Notes: a model not told the origin generated them from the letters alone. DNA of 64,000 nt from Candidatus Latescibacterota bacterium (GCA_965116875.1 OZ220733.1:2880001-2944000), one strand, 5' to 3'; positions 20,109 through 30,404 are shown, counted from the stretch's first letter. Translations and numbers: made by a program.

Positions 20109-22088
20109 ATGGCGCAGAGTTCCGCACCTCGGGTGGAGTCCGAACCCCGCACCGCACTGCAGACAGACGCGGTGACGCTTCGCGCCGTTGCAATCGGCCT
20201 TCTGCTCGTGCTTGTCGTCAATTTCTGGATTTCTACCACCGAATACGTCATCCACGCCTCGCGGATGCAGCTTTCCTTTTTTCCTCTCGCCCTCTTCGCC
20301 ACGTTTCTCCTGCTGGTCATCGTCAACGGATTCGTCCGCCGCCTGCGGCCGAACGGCGCTCTCCAGTCCTCCGAACTTCTCACGATCCTGGCGATGGGGT
20401 TCGTCGGTGCCGTGGTACCTACGTCCGGCATCACGGGCTTTCTTCTGGGCATTCTCTCCGGCGTCTACTATTTCGCCACGCCGGAAAACCAGTGGGCCAA
20501 CTACCTCCATCCCAATATGCCCGGATGGGCCGTACCTTCGAACGAAAACCACGCGATGACCTGGTTTTACGAGGGTCTGCCCGAGGGGCAGCAGGCGCCG
20601 TACCACGCCTGGATCGCCCCGCTCATCAGCTGGATCTTCTTTCTGCTTGCCCTTTGCACGCTCCTGTTCTGCATTGCGGTCATCCTCCGGAAGCAGTGGG
20701 TGCGGAACGAGCGCCTGGTCTTTCCGCTTGCGTCCGTGGGCGCCACGCTCACGCGTGGGGACCGAGGCGGATTGCTTCCCGATGCGCTTCGCGGAGGGCT
20801 TTTCTGGGGCGGCTTCGGCGTGGGCTTCGGCGCCATTTCCTGGAATATCCTCAACTATTTCTGGCCCGTCGTGCCCAGGATCCCTTTACAGGGCAAGTGG
20901 GTCGTCTTTGCGAAAGGCTTTCCTCGCGTCAACACCCGCATCAACTCTCTGACAGCCGGATTCGCGTACTTCGCCAACCTGAATATTCTTTTCTCCATCT
21001 GGGTCTTCTTCGTGCTGTTTTTCTGGTTCGAAAACGGCATTATCAACCGCATCGGGTACGTCATCCCGCGCAAACCGCTCAACTTTTCCGCCGAAACCGA
21101 GGTCACGGCCTGGCAGGGCTTCGGCGCGCTTACCGTGCTGGTTCTGTGGAACCTCTGGACCGCCCGCACCCATATCCGGGCCGTCTTCGCCAGGGCGTTC
21201 GGGAAGGGTGACGCCGACGATGCCGGTGAACTGCTTTCGTATCGTTTTGCCGTGTTCGGACTCATCGGCAGCCTCATCTTCATCTGCTCCTTCTTCTCCA
21301 AACTGGGCATGCAGGGCAAACTCGTCGCATTGCTCGTGCCCGCCCTGATCATCAACTACCTCTCCATCGCCCGAATCGTCTGCGAGACGGGCCTGGCCTA
21401 TATGCGTACCACGTTGACCGAACAGTACGCCGCCCTGTACACGATCGGCACCAGCTCACTCTCGCCCTCAAGCATGTCCGGCATCAGCCTCACCTACAGC
21501 CTTGTCTGCCAAGGCAAGGGCACCTTTATGGCGCCCTTTATGCACGTGGTTCGACTTGCGGACCTCATCCGCCGCAACCGGCGACGGCTCGTACCCGCTC
21601 TGGCCCTTGTTGTGGTCGTGGGACTCGCGGCCGACTTCGCCCTCACGATCATTCTGGGATACCGGACCGGCGCTTTCAATTTCAACGCCTGGCCCTTCTC
21701 CAGCGCCGGACGATTTGCCTACGACCTGACGGTTACCCAGATGAGAAGCCCGTTCGACACCAGCTGGGAGCGCCTGGCCGTATTCTGCGTGGGCGCCGCC
21801 GCGATGTCCCTGCTGACGTTTCTTCACTACCGGCTGCCCTGGTGGCCCTTTCATCCCATCGCATTTCCAATTGCCTTTTCATGGAACACCCAGCTCACGT
21901 TTTTCTCGATCTTCGTCGTCTGGGCGATCAAGGCCATCCTGCTGAAGGTCGGCGGCGTCAATCTCTACAGAAAATGGCAGCCCGCCTTTCTGGGCCTCCT
22001 GACCGGCTATGTCCTGGCCATCACGCTCTCCTTCCTCGTGGACGCCGTCTGGTTCCCCGGCCAGGGTCACGGGGTGCATAATTACTGA
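20109..22088 (+). CDS. DUF6785/DUF6784-type polytopic membrane protein, paralog 3
   Basis: 659 aa. YFATPENQW, LRKQWVRNERLVFPL, WWPFHPI, C-terminal WFPGQGHGVH. Confidence 0.8.
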   Translation: MAQSSAPRVESEPRTALQTDAVTLRAVAIGLLLVLVVNFWISTTEYVIHASRMQLSFFPLALFATFLLLVIVNGFVRRLRPNGALQSSELLTILAMGFVGAVVPTSGITGFLLGILSGVYYFATPENQWANYLHPNMPGWAVPSNENHAMTWFYEGLPEGQQAPYHAWIAPLISWIFFLLALCTLLFCIAVILRKQWVRNERLVFPLASVGATLTRGDRGGLLPDALRGGLFWGGFGVGFGAISWNILNYFWPVVPRIPLQGKWVVFAKGFPRVNTRINSLTAGFAYFANLNILFSIWVFFVLFFWFENGIINRIGYVIPRKPLNFSAETEVTAWQGFGALTVLVLWNLWTARTHIRAVFARAFGKGDADDAGELLSYRFAVFGLIGSLIFICSFFSKLGMQGKLVALLVPALIINYLSIARIVCETGLAYMRTTLTEQYAALYTIGTSSLSPSSMSGISLTYSLVCQGKGTFMAPFMHVVRLADLIRRNRRRLVPALALVVVVGLAADFALTIILGYRTGAFNFNAWPFSSAGRFAYDLTVTQMRSPFDTSWERLAVFCVGAAAMSLLTFLHYRLPWWPFHPIAFPIAFSWNTQLTFFSIFVVWAIKAILLKVGGVNLYRKWQPAFLGLLTGYVLAITLSFLVDAVWFPGQGHGVHNY

Positions 22089-22116
22089 TCGCGTTGGATC
22101 CCCGATATCCTGCCAC

Positions 22117-22149
22117 AAAAAAAGGCCGGCGATACTCTCGTCGACCCTT
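22117..22149 (-). terminator. Rho-independent terminator
   Basis: The minus strand reads GGTCGACGA-GAGTA-TCGCCGGCC followed by T7, between convergent genes. Confidence 0.6.
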
Positions 22150-22176
22150 CGTGTCTGCCCGCCTGTCGAGTGTGGC

Positions 22177-24210
22177 TCAGGGCATCACCCGGAACACCGC
22201 CGAACTCGCCGCCCTGCTTTCCGCCTGCCGGTCCTCCACGATCACCCGGAACGCCCATGGCCCGGGCGTGGACCCCTCCATATCCAGGGTGAGATAGTGC
22301 GGCTGCCAGTCCCTCGTCTCCCTGTATGAGTTGGTCACGGCCGTTGTCCATTCGGGAATGACCACGTCCTTTTCCTTCCATTTTTCAGGAAGCAGGCGGG
22401 TCTGGTACGTGATCCGGTAGCTTGTTGCGCCGAATTCGTCACGCTTCAGATTGTAAACCTCGAAGTAGAACGACATGCTGGCGTCCCGCTGGCACTGCTT
22501 CAACGGGTTGGGCAACACCATGAACCTGTCCCGTCCGAACGGGCGGTCGTCCTGTTCAACCACCCGTTGCGCCAGCAGCAGATCGCTGATTTGCAGCCTG
22601 TCCCTGCCGTACGCGCTGACCTTCAGCGAGTCGCGGAGGGTTCCAAGGCTTTTTTCGTTCAAGTCCTCCGTCTCGACCGCCAGGTGGTACGTTCCCGGAT
22701 CCATGGCAAGGCGCTCGCCCCAGAAGAGGTAGCCATCCCGTACGGCATTGCCTTCGATCCACGGCATTCTGTGAATGGGAGAAATCGTCTTTTCAACCTC
22801 CCGCCAACCCGCGTCGAATAGGAACAGGCCCTGCATGAGATCCACCGCCTGTATTCCCGAACTGACCTCACGATGCGCGACGTGTTCGCCTGAAAGCGCA
22901 TAGTACAGCTCCACCCGGGTCTTGCCGTTCTCGCCGCGAAACTGCGCGATCTCGAATGGCGCGTCGTACCGTTTCAGCCAGTACGGGTCGCTGTAGTATT
23001 CGGGAATCCGCTCCACGAGATCCTTGAATTTGCTCCGTACCGACCCCCGAATCGAAATGTGCAGCACATCCCAGTCGTTTTCCCCCAGGCGTTCGAATGT
23101 TACGCTGAACCCCGGATAGCTCCATGTCTCTCGGAGCAGCACGTAATTCATCCGGTCCAGATAGATGTTTCTCGCGTCGGGATGACCATATCGGATGTAC
23201 ACCTGGCCGCGGTCCGTCTCCCAGCCCTCCACGCCACGGTCCGGATCGGCAAACCTCAGATTGGCATACGCCACGCGCCTGCAGTGTTCAAGCATCCGCT
23301 CGTTTCCAGGGGTCAGAAACAACGGGTCCCGTCCCGTCCAGAACCGCCTCAGGGCGTCTTCATCCGGAAGTTCCCCCCCGTCCCGCAACGCCTCCCGGTC
23401 CGTCAATACCACCACTGACCTGATAAACTGCTGTTCCAGCCCGGACATCAGGCCCAGACCTTGCGAATAGGCGGCGAAGGCTTTGTCCAGTTCTTCACGG
23501 GTCTGGTAACCCAGCCCGGTGAAAAAGTACGCGTCCCAGTCTTCCGGATGGCGTTCCGTATATTCTTCGAACAGTTCCTGGAGTCGATCGGGCATATGTC
23601 CTTCGAGGTAGACCTGCCCCAGCAGAATACGCGCCGGACGATGTTCCGGGTCCACTTCCAGAACGCGGGTCAGATAACCGATCGCCTGCTCCCGCATATT
23701 CCTTCCATAACTCCCGTAGTGAAACCTTCGCTTCCGTTCCAGGCCGGATTTCAGGGTCTCCCGTTCCAGATTGTACATCATCTCCCGGGCGGCGTGCCTC
23801 CCCGCCAGATAGAGCGCGTCGGCGTCGTTCGGCGACAGCGCGATCGCGCGGCGGATCTGCTCGTAAAACTCGTCCCTCGAACCCGCCTGCCAGAAAATCT
23901 CCGCGTGGGTCTTCACGTAGGCGGCGTTTTCCGGTTCGCGCTTCATCGCCCGTTGCACCCACTGTCTCGCGAACCGCCTGGACAAGACGGTGCCACGACT
24001 CAGATAGTGCCTCGCCAGCGCGTGCATCGCCCGTCCCGATGGATCGTATCGGACCGCCCGCTCCATCAGCGACACCCGCTTCATGTGCGACAGCGAGGTG
24101 TCCGCCGCGGAGGCCAGCAGGGCCGCCACCTTGTATGCGTCCCGCTTCGCGGCTTCCGACGGTCCGGATACACAGAGGATGAATGAAAGCAAAATGGCAA
24201 TTCGCAACAT
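22177..24210 (-). CDS. Secreted TPR + GWxTD domain protein (paralog 5)
   Basis: Signal peptide MLRIAILLSF (start 24210, not 24546), TPRs, FW..RDPLFLT..NER..EH.RRVAYANLRF, GWETDRGQVYIRYG, C-terminal SDLLLA/PNP/YFEVYNL sandwich. Confidence 0.85.
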   Translation of the reverse strand: MLRIAILLSFILCVSGPSEAAKRDAYKVAALLASAADTSLSHMKRVSLMERAVRYDPSGRAMHALARHYLSRGTVLSRRFARQWVQRAMKREPENAAYVKTHAEIFWQAGSRDEFYEQIRRAIALSPNDADALYLAGRHAAREMMYNLERETLKSGLERKRRFHYGSYGRNMREQAIGYLTRVLEVDPEHRPARILLGQVYLEGHMPDRLQELFEEYTERHPEDWDAYFFTGLGYQTREELDKAFAAYSQGLGLMSGLEQQFIRSVVVLTDREALRDGGELPDEDALRRFWTGRDPLFLTPGNERMLEHCRRVAYANLRFADPDRGVEGWETDRGQVYIRYGHPDARNIYLDRMNYVLLRETWSYPGFSVTFERLGENDWDVLHISIRGSVRSKFKDLVERIPEYYSDPYWLKRYDAPFEIAQFRGENGKTRVELYYALSGEHVAHREVSSGIQAVDLMQGLFLFDAGWREVEKTISPIHRMPWIEGNAVRDGYLFWGERLAMDPGTYHLAVETEDLNEKSLGTLRDSLKVSAYGRDRLQISDLLLAQRVVEQDDRPFGRDRFMVLPNPLKQCQRDASMSFYFEVYNLKRDEFGATSYRITYQTRLLPEKWKEKDVVIPEWTTAVTNSYRETRDWQPHYLTLDMEGSTPGPWAFRVIVEDRQAESRAASSAVFRVMP

Positions 24211-24371
24211 GACGAATTCCACCTGATCGTGCGGGGACGGGCAACCGGCGAAGCGCGGGTTGCAGGCGCGAGCGGGAGCCTGTTCCAGTCCGACTCGCGC
24301 GTTACAATGTAGACCCTCAGGAGAAGGGAAAGGTTCCCCGGCGTGGGCGGCGTCTTCCTGTTTTCCGCGGG

Positions 24372-26483
24372 CTACCACCTGACGCGAAAGCGTGTCGTGG
24401 ATTCGGCCTCGGCGCCGGCCAGCAGGTCCTCGACGACCACCCGGAACGTGCGCAATCCCGGCGACGTTCCGTCCATGTCCACCCGCAGATACCGGGGTTC
24501 CCAGTCCCGGACGCCCCGGTACGTGTAGGACACCGCCGTCGTCCACTCCGGCTCCGGGTCCTCCAGCCGCCGCCTTTCCGGTATCACCTGAGTCTGATAG
24601 CCAATCCTGTAGTGCGTGGCGCCGAAGGTATCGCGCGCCAGGTTGTACACCTCAAAATAGAACCATGCGCTTCCATCGCGCGAGCACTCCCGCAACGGAT
24701 TGGGCAGCACCATGTACCTGCCTCGTTCCACCGGCCACTCGTCGCGTTCCACGATCCGGCGCGCCATCAGCAGGCTGCTGATCTCCAGCGAATCGGGATT
24801 GAACCGCCTCACATCCAGCGGTTCCCTGAACGTACCCACCTTCTTGCTTGGCTGGTCCTCCGCCTCTCCCGCCAGGTAATAATCTCCCGGCGCCAGCGTC
24901 AACTGCTCGCTCGCGATCAGGTATCCGCGTTTGGTCGAGACGTAGTGCAGCCACGGCATCCGCCGCACGCGGCCGACCTCCCGCCGAAGCGTATCCCACG
25001 CCGCGTCGAACAGGAACAGCGCCTGCACCACGTCCACCGCCCGGACACCGGGACCCACCTCTTCATGCCTGACCTGATCCCCGGAGAGCGCATAATACAC
25101 TTCCACGCTCGTTCTACCGCCGTCGCGCCGGAATTGCGCGATCTGATACGGCACGCTGTACTGATAGGGATAGCGATAGTAATCCGGGACCGACTCCACC
25201 AGTTCGCTGAAGGTCAGCGTCTGGCCGCCCAGCTTCGACTCTCCGAACCGCCACGAGTCCCAGGAGTTCGTATTCAGGAACGAAACCTCGAACCCGTCGT
25301 ACGTCCAGGTATCCTTTCGCGGGTGGAATTCGAAGATCCCGCCGGACGCGGTCCTCCTCATTCGCGCTTCTTCCTCGATGGATTTCGTCAGGCCCAGGTC
25401 GATGTCCGCCGGCGTCATGTTCCGCGCGACGGGGTCCCCGTACCGGATATAGGCCTGTCCGCGGTCGGTTTCCCACCCGGCGTACCCGTTGATGGGGTCG
25501 CCGAAACGCAGGTTCGCAAAGGCCACGCGCCTGCATTGCTCCAGCATCCGCTCGTTGATCTCGCTCAGATACAACGGGTCCTTCCCGAACCAGAATTTCC
25601 GTATCGTATCCTGGTCCGGCGGGGGTTCCTCGTTCTTCCACGATTTCCTGTCCCGCATCAGGAAGACCGATTGCATGAAGCGGCGCTGCCGGTCGGACAA
25701 ACGCGCCAGACCGTCCACGTACGCGCGGTACGCGGCTTCGGGGTCGTCCTTTTGCTGATAGCCGAGTCCCATGAAAAAGTAGGCGTCCGCACGACCCGGA
25801 TTGCGTTCGATATCGTCCCGAAACAGGGAAATCAGCGCATCCGGCTTTCGCGACATATAGTATGCCAGCCCGAGATGCACGCGGGACGGCCAGTGGTCCG
25901 CATCCAGCCACACGGCGCGGTCCAGGTATTCGATCCCCACGTCCACGTCCATGTCCGCGTACCCGCGCTGCGCGAACGTGCGCCCGGTCGTCACGTCACC
26001 GTCCCCGGACACACGCATGGCGTCCCCTGCGTCCTCCCGGGTGAAGAACGTCATTTCCCACGACCAGACCACGAACCGCCCCGCCCAATAGTATGCGCGC
26101 ACGTTCTTCGGGTCGAGCGAGATGGCCTCCCGCGCTCTCCTGTAGGAACCGGACCTCGGCCCGGTGCGCCAGAGCAGTTCCGCGAGGGTCGCGACATAAT
26201 TCCCGTTCTCGGGTTCCCGTTCCATCGCCCGCGTCAACAGGGAACGTGCCTGCTGCCGCGAATACGTCGTACCTTTTTCCAGGCGCAATCGCGCCAGCGC
26301 ATGCAGGGCTCTTCCCGTTCGGTCGAGCTCTATCGCCTCCTTCAGGAGGTCCCTGCGTCCGTCCATTCCAAGGGAGGTGTCGGCGGACGCATGAATCAGG
26401 GAGTCAACCATCGAGGGGACGGCGGATGCGCCCTGCGCCGCGGTCGTCAACCACATCAGGCCGCTCAAGATCAATGCAATCAT
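24372..26483 (-). CDS. Secreted TPR + GWxTD domain protein (paralog 4)
   Basis: Signal peptide MIALILSG (GGAG RBS, start 26483), GWETDRGQAYIRYGDP; clearly paralogous to 22177-24210. Confidence 0.85.
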   Translation of the reverse strand: MIALILSGLMWLTTAAQGASAVPSMVDSLIHASADTSLGMDGRRDLLKEAIELDRTGRALHALARLRLEKGTTYSRQQARSLLTRAMEREPENGNYVATLAELLWRTGPRSGSYRRAREAISLDPKNVRAYYWAGRFVVWSWEMTFFTREDAGDAMRVSGDGDVTTGRTFAQRGYADMDVDVGIEYLDRAVWLDADHWPSRVHLGLAYYMSRKPDALISLFRDDIERNPGRADAYFFMGLGYQQKDDPEAAYRAYVDGLARLSDRQRRFMQSVFLMRDRKSWKNEEPPPDQDTIRKFWFGKDPLYLSEINERMLEQCRRVAFANLRFGDPINGYAGWETDRGQAYIRYGDPVARNMTPADIDLGLTKSIEEEARMRRTASGGIFEFHPRKDTWTYDGFEVSFLNTNSWDSWRFGESKLGGQTLTFSELVESVPDYYRYPYQYSVPYQIAQFRRDGGRTSVEVYYALSGDQVRHEEVGPGVRAVDVVQALFLFDAAWDTLRREVGRVRRMPWLHYVSTKRGYLIASEQLTLAPGDYYLAGEAEDQPSKKVGTFREPLDVRRFNPDSLEISSLLMARRIVERDEWPVERGRYMVLPNPLRECSRDGSAWFYFEVYNLARDTFGATHYRIGYQTQVIPERRRLEDPEPEWTTAVSYTYRGVRDWEPRYLRVDMDGTSPGLRTFRVVVEDLLAGAEAESTTRFRVRW

Positions 26484-26547
26484 CCGTATCTCCGAAAACC
26501 CGGCGGGATTTTCTTTTTTGCCTCGCCGACACCTGACACACGAAATG

Positions 26548-27660
26548 CTAAGACGCCTGAACGGTCTCCCGGGCCCGGCTGTACCGTTCCACCGCCGCCA
26601 TATCCAGCTCGCATCCCAGCCCCGGCGCCATGGAGACCGGCGTGAATCCCTCCTCAAAAACCCTCGGCTCGCGGATCAGGCTGTGTTCCCGCACCCAGCT
26701 TCCCACGATGTCCGACGCCATGGTGCAATTGGGCGTCACGGATATTGCGTGCACGTAGGAGGCCTCCAGGATCCCCAGATCCACTCCGGAACCGTGCCAG
26801 CAGCGCAGCCCGGCCGCCTCCGCGACGGCGGCGCTCTTCGCGAAGCCCATCATGCTCCCTCCCAGGTTCACGCAGTCCACCACGCCGGCCTTCACCGCCC
26901 GGATGACGTCCGAGCCGCTTCCGAGGTGCATCGCAATCGGGATATCGGTGGCCTCGTAGATTGCAGCATAGCCGTCCAGGTCCGACTTGGGAATCGGGTC
27001 TTCGAATACCTCCACGTTGCCCAGGGCCTCGAGTTCGCGGGCGAGTTCAATCGTCTGCGCGGCCGTGCGAAAGCGCTCATTGGGGTCCACCGTGACCTTG
27101 AATTCCGGACCGGCGACGTCCCGGATGGCCCGCAGCCGTTCCACCATCGGCTCTTCGATCTTGCACTTGATCTTGATGCCCTTGAAGCCGTGCTCGAGCG
27201 CCCGCGCGACGGTCCGCTTGCCGTCTTCGGGCGTCTGGGACCCCATCCAGTAGTCCGCGCGCACCCGGTTGCGCACCGCGCCGCCCATCAGTGCGTGTAC
27301 AGGAATCCCGCGCGCCCTGCCGATCAGGTCGAAGACCGCCATCTCCAGGGCGTGATAGGCGGGCCCGGTTCCCAAGTCCAGCATCGTCTCCGTTCCGTCT
27401 CTTCGCGGCTCGTAGATGTTCTGCAGCGTCACCGTTTCCGGGTCCCGTCCCAGCACCCTGGCCGCGCCCGCCCGCACGTCCTCGATTGGCACGCCGCGGC
27501 CGGTCTCCCCCAGCCCGTACAGTTCGGTATCCGTGTTGATCCGGAGGATATGCTTGGGTACCACGTCCCACCCCACCTCCGGGACCCATTCGGGGCTGTT
27601 CACGCGCCCCGGACGACTCGGCACCACCACGGTCCACACGTCCATCGACGTCATCTTCAT
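26548..27660 (-). CDS. Mandelate racemase/muconate lactonizing enzyme (enolase superfamily)
   Basis: GLGE, AVFDL.GRA.G.PV..L.GG..R, KIK, DPN and EDP motifs. Confidence 0.9.
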   Translation of the reverse strand: MKMTSMDVWTVVVPSRPGRVNSPEWVPEVGWDVVPKHILRINTDTELYGLGETGRGVPIEDVRAGAARVLGRDPETVTLQNIYEPRRDGTETMLDLGTGPAYHALEMAVFDLIGRARGIPVHALMGGAVRNRVRADYWMGSQTPEDGKRTVARALEHGFKGIKIKCKIEEPMVERLRAIRDVAGPEFKVTVDPNERFRTAAQTIELARELEALGNVEVFEDPIPKSDLDGYAAIYEATDIPIAMHLGSGSDVIRAVKAGVVDCVNLGGSMMGFAKSAAVAEAAGLRCWHGSGVDLGILEASYVHAISVTPNCTMASDIVGSWVREHSLIREPRVFEEGFTPVSMAPGLGCELDMAAVERYSRARETVQAS

Positions 27661-27696
27661 TGTACGCTCCTCGGTTTTGGGATTTCCGAAAAAAGT

Positions 27697-27725
27697 TTGA
27701 CATTTACACTGTCATACTGTATATT
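27697..27725 (+). promoter_or_regulatory. Sigma70 promoter of the YtrA-type operon
   Basis: TTGACA (27697-27702), N17, TATATT (27720-27725). Confidence 0.75.
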
Positions 27726-27737
27726 GATAGTAATACA
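27718..27737. promoter_or_regulatory. Putative YtrA/GntR autoregulatory operator
   Basis: TGTAT-N10-ATACA palindrome overlapping the -10 box, matching the TGTA-N12-TACA pattern typical of YtrA-subfamily sites. Confidence 0.6.
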
Positions 27738-27761
27738 CTAATACACAATGGAGAATCCACA

Positions 27762-28154
27762 GTGCTGATCGCGATCGATCACCACAGCGGCGTGCCGGTC
27801 TACCGGCAGTTGATGGACCAGATCAAGTTTCATATCGCCAGCGGCCTGTTGAAGCCTGGAGAAAAGCTGCCGGCCACGCGCACGCTCTCCGCGCAACTCG
27901 GCGTCAACCCGATGACGGTCAGCAAGGCCTACGGCTACCTGGAGGCCGATGGCATCGTGGAGCGGCGCCGCGGGCGTCCGTTGACCGTCAGTCACCTGGA
28001 GCCGGAATTGGTCGAGGTACATAAACTCGACCGGCTCCGGCAGAACCTTGCGCCCGTTGTCGCCATGGCAAGACAGCTTGGCATCGAAAAGACCCGGGCC
28101 CAGGAAATCTTTGGCCGGATGCTGGACGATGCCGGCAATCAGGAGGAGCCATAA
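27762..28154 (+). CDS. GntR family transcriptional regulator, YtrA subfamily
   Basis: 130 aa from GTG 27762 (GGAG RBS). PVYRQL..QI...IASG.L.PGEKLP..R.L...LGVNPMTV.KAY; short C-terminus; precedes an ABC ATPase. Confidence 0.9.
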   Translation: MLIAIDHHSGVPVYRQLMDQIKFHIASGLLKPGEKLPATRTLSAQLGVNPMTVSKAYGYLEADGIVERRRGRPLTVSHLEPELVEVHKLDRLRQNLAPVVAMARQLGIEKTRAQEIFGRMLDDAGNQEEP

Positions 28155-28155
28155 T

Positions 28156-29040
28156 ATGGAATCCGCGTTCGAAGTCAAGAATCTCACCAAGTCCTTCGGC
28201 GACGTTACCGCGCTGGACAACGTGAGTGTGTCCGTCCCGAAGCCGGCTGTCGTGGGTCTCATCGGCAGAAACGGAAGCGGGAAGACCACCCTGCTCCGCC
28301 ACGTCATCGGCCTGTATCTGCCGACCAGCGGGCAATGCACGACCCTTGGTTGCTCCAGCGGCAAACTGGGTCCGGACGAACTCTCCCGCATTGGCGTGGT
28401 GCACCAGGAGAACCGGTTCCTGGAATGGATGAAGGTGGAGCAGCAGCTTCGGTACGTCTCTTCGTTCTACAAACATTGGGACCGGGACCTGGAAGAGCGC
28501 CTGCTGGCCGAACTGGAACTGGAATCTTCGGCGCGAGTCGGGACCCTATCGCCCGGCAACGTCCAGAAACTGGGCATCATTCTGGCCGTCTGTCACCGCC
28601 CCGACCTGCTGATCCTGGACGAGCCCGTCAGCGGCCTGGACCCCATCACGCGCGAGCAGTTTCTGAAATTCCTCCTCGAACTCTTGCAGCAGGACGCCAA
28701 CACGATCGTGATTTCGTCACACGTCCTGCACGACATCGAGAAGATCATCGATCGCGTAATCTGCCTCGACCGGGGACGGATCAGGGCGGATGCCTCGCTG
28801 GACGACCTCCAGGAACGCTACGCCGAATGGCGGGTAACCGCCCGGAACGGCAGGCTTCCGTCGCACTTCGAAGAGGACTTCGTCATATCCCGGGAGGGCG
28901 ACAGCCGCCAGGCCCGCCTGCTCGTGAAAGGGGCTTCGGACAACCTGGACGCGTTCAGCACGAAATATGGTGCGGACGTGGCCGGCAGCCCGCTGAACCT
29001 GGAGCAGATGTTCCCGCTCCTCCTGGAGGAGGCCGAATGA
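28156..29040 (+). CDS. ABC-2 type transporter ATP-binding protein (YtrB-like)
   Basis: GRNGSGKTT, LSPGNVQKL, ILDEPVSGLDP, ISSH. AGGAGG RBS. Confidence 0.92.
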   Translation: MESAFEVKNLTKSFGDVTALDNVSVSVPKPAVVGLIGRNGSGKTTLLRHVIGLYLPTSGQCTTLGCSSGKLGPDELSRIGVVHQENRFLEWMKVEQQLRYVSSFYKHWDRDLEERLLAELELESSARVGTLSPGNVQKLGIILAVCHRPDLLILDEPVSGLDPITREQFLKFLLELLQQDANTIVISSHVLHDIEKIIDRVICLDRGRIRADASLDDLQERYAEWRVTARNGRLPSHFEEDFVISREGDSRQARLLVKGASDNLDAFSTKYGADVAGSPLNLEQMFPLLLEEAE

Positions 29041-30368
29041 TTGGAATCTATTCGCTCTACCGCCTGTTTTGGCGTCCGGCGATTCTTGCATTCTACGTAT
29101 TCTTCACCGGGCTGATTGTGATGTTGCTCTGGGCCGCGGGCACGAAACTTCCCAGCCTGTCTGAACCGGGACGCCTCATTCTGATCACGATGGCACTGCC
29201 TTCAATTGCAGGCTTGTTCATCGGCCAAAGTGTTGGCGAGCTCCAGCACACGCTCCTTTCCTGGTCGCTTCCCCGTCTTCGCAGGCTGCTCTTTTCATTC
29301 ATATGTATCACGGGAATCGGACTCGCCGCCCTGACAGCCTGGGCCTACCATGGGATGGGCGGCTTCGCCCCCGCAATTCCGATTCTTGCCTCCTGTTTCC
29401 TGTGGTACAGCCTGGCATTTACGGTCGGGACCTACGAATTCGTCGACGCCCAGTCATTCCGGTACCGTAAATCCTCGGTCTTGTTTATCGCACTTCTGAT
29501 GGTTGTTATCGGCATCCTCTCGATCAATAGAATCACCGATTATTACATCGCCCAACCGGCGCTATGTACTCTTGCCGCGTTGATCGGCGCTCTGCTCTAT
29601 CTGAAACGTTGTTTCGCCATCAATGCCGCCCGAAGAAAATCGCTCGTCTCGTTGCCGGTGTTCCATCGGTACACGTTCGGACCTCACCAGACGGCGCGAT
29701 TGACCGCACGACGAGACTCCAGGCGGAAATGGAATCGAGCAGCTCCGCTCACCGGCCTGGTCGACTGGATCCGGGCTGGTGAATACGAGAACTATGGCAC
29801 GGTCCAGATTGGATGGCTTGGTTCGGCGTTCCTGTACTCGTCTGTCATTCTGGCTACCGTGGCGGTCCTGATTCAGTTATTCGGCGTGGCAGAAGCCGTT
29901 ATCGTTCCTATCACCCTGGGTCTTTGGATGCTGCAACTGTCCCTGTACGTGAAAACCGGATGGCTCTATCCTCTTTCGAGACTAGAACTGGCTAGGCTTA
30001 CGTACTGGTGTAGCCTTCTACACAACGCTCTGCATTGCGGGCTGATGTTGTTGACGTTTCTTCTGCTGGACGGCCTGACCGGAATCTTCGCCGGGCTCGA
30101 CCTCGCGCGTCCTGTCCTGCTGATATTTATCTGTAACCCGGTCATCCAATGGGTACGCTTTCGGAACGAACAATTCAGAGTGTTTTCATACGTAATCCTG
30201 GCAGTTTTCATCATCGGCTATTCAATCCTGATTACGATATGGCTCGAGTTTGGCTGCTGCATTTCTTTCGCCTACGAGGCCGCTGCGGTTGCAGGTCTCA
30301 TCCTGCTTTCCCAGTACCTCTTTCGTTGCAAAATCCGGCAACATTTCAAATTCGGCGATCTCGTCTGA
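29037..30368 (+). CDS. Putative ABC exporter permease, copy 1
   Basis: ATG overlaps the ATPase stop (ATGA). Polytopic hydrophobic protein, paralog of the next gene. Confidence 0.75.
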   Translation: MIGIYSLYRLFWRPAILAFYVFFTGLIVMLLWAAGTKLPSLSEPGRLILITMALPSIAGLFIGQSVGELQHTLLSWSLPRLRRLLFSFICITGIGLAALTAWAYHGMGGFAPAIPILASCFLWYSLAFTVGTYEFVDAQSFRYRKSSVLFIALLMVVIGILSINRITDYYIAQPALCTLAALIGALLYLKRCFAINAARRKSLVSLPVFHRYTFGPHQTARLTARRDSRRKWNRAAPLTGLVDWIRAGEYENYGTVQIGWLGSAFLYSSVILATVAVLIQLFGVAEAVIVPITLGLWMLQLSLYVKTGWLYPLSRLELARLTYWCSLLHNALHCGLMLLTFLLLDGLTGIFAGLDLARPVLLIFICNPVIQWVRFRNEQFRVFSYVILAVFIIGYSILITIWLEFGCCISFAYEAAAVAGLILLSQYLFRCKIRQHFKFGDLV

Positions 30369-30404
30369 TTGGCGTTTCTGCCTGATCCTTATGGGGATCA
30401 TCTT

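Noticed and set aside
28335-29036. N-terminal 234 codons of the 677-aa ORF, and similar 5' extensions at 24546, 26657, 44946, 7735, 46577, 59477 and 62313
   Set aside because: They overlap upstream genes or repeats and give low-complexity Arg/Pro/Gly-rich translations; downstream starts with RBS, signal peptides or family N-termini fit better.
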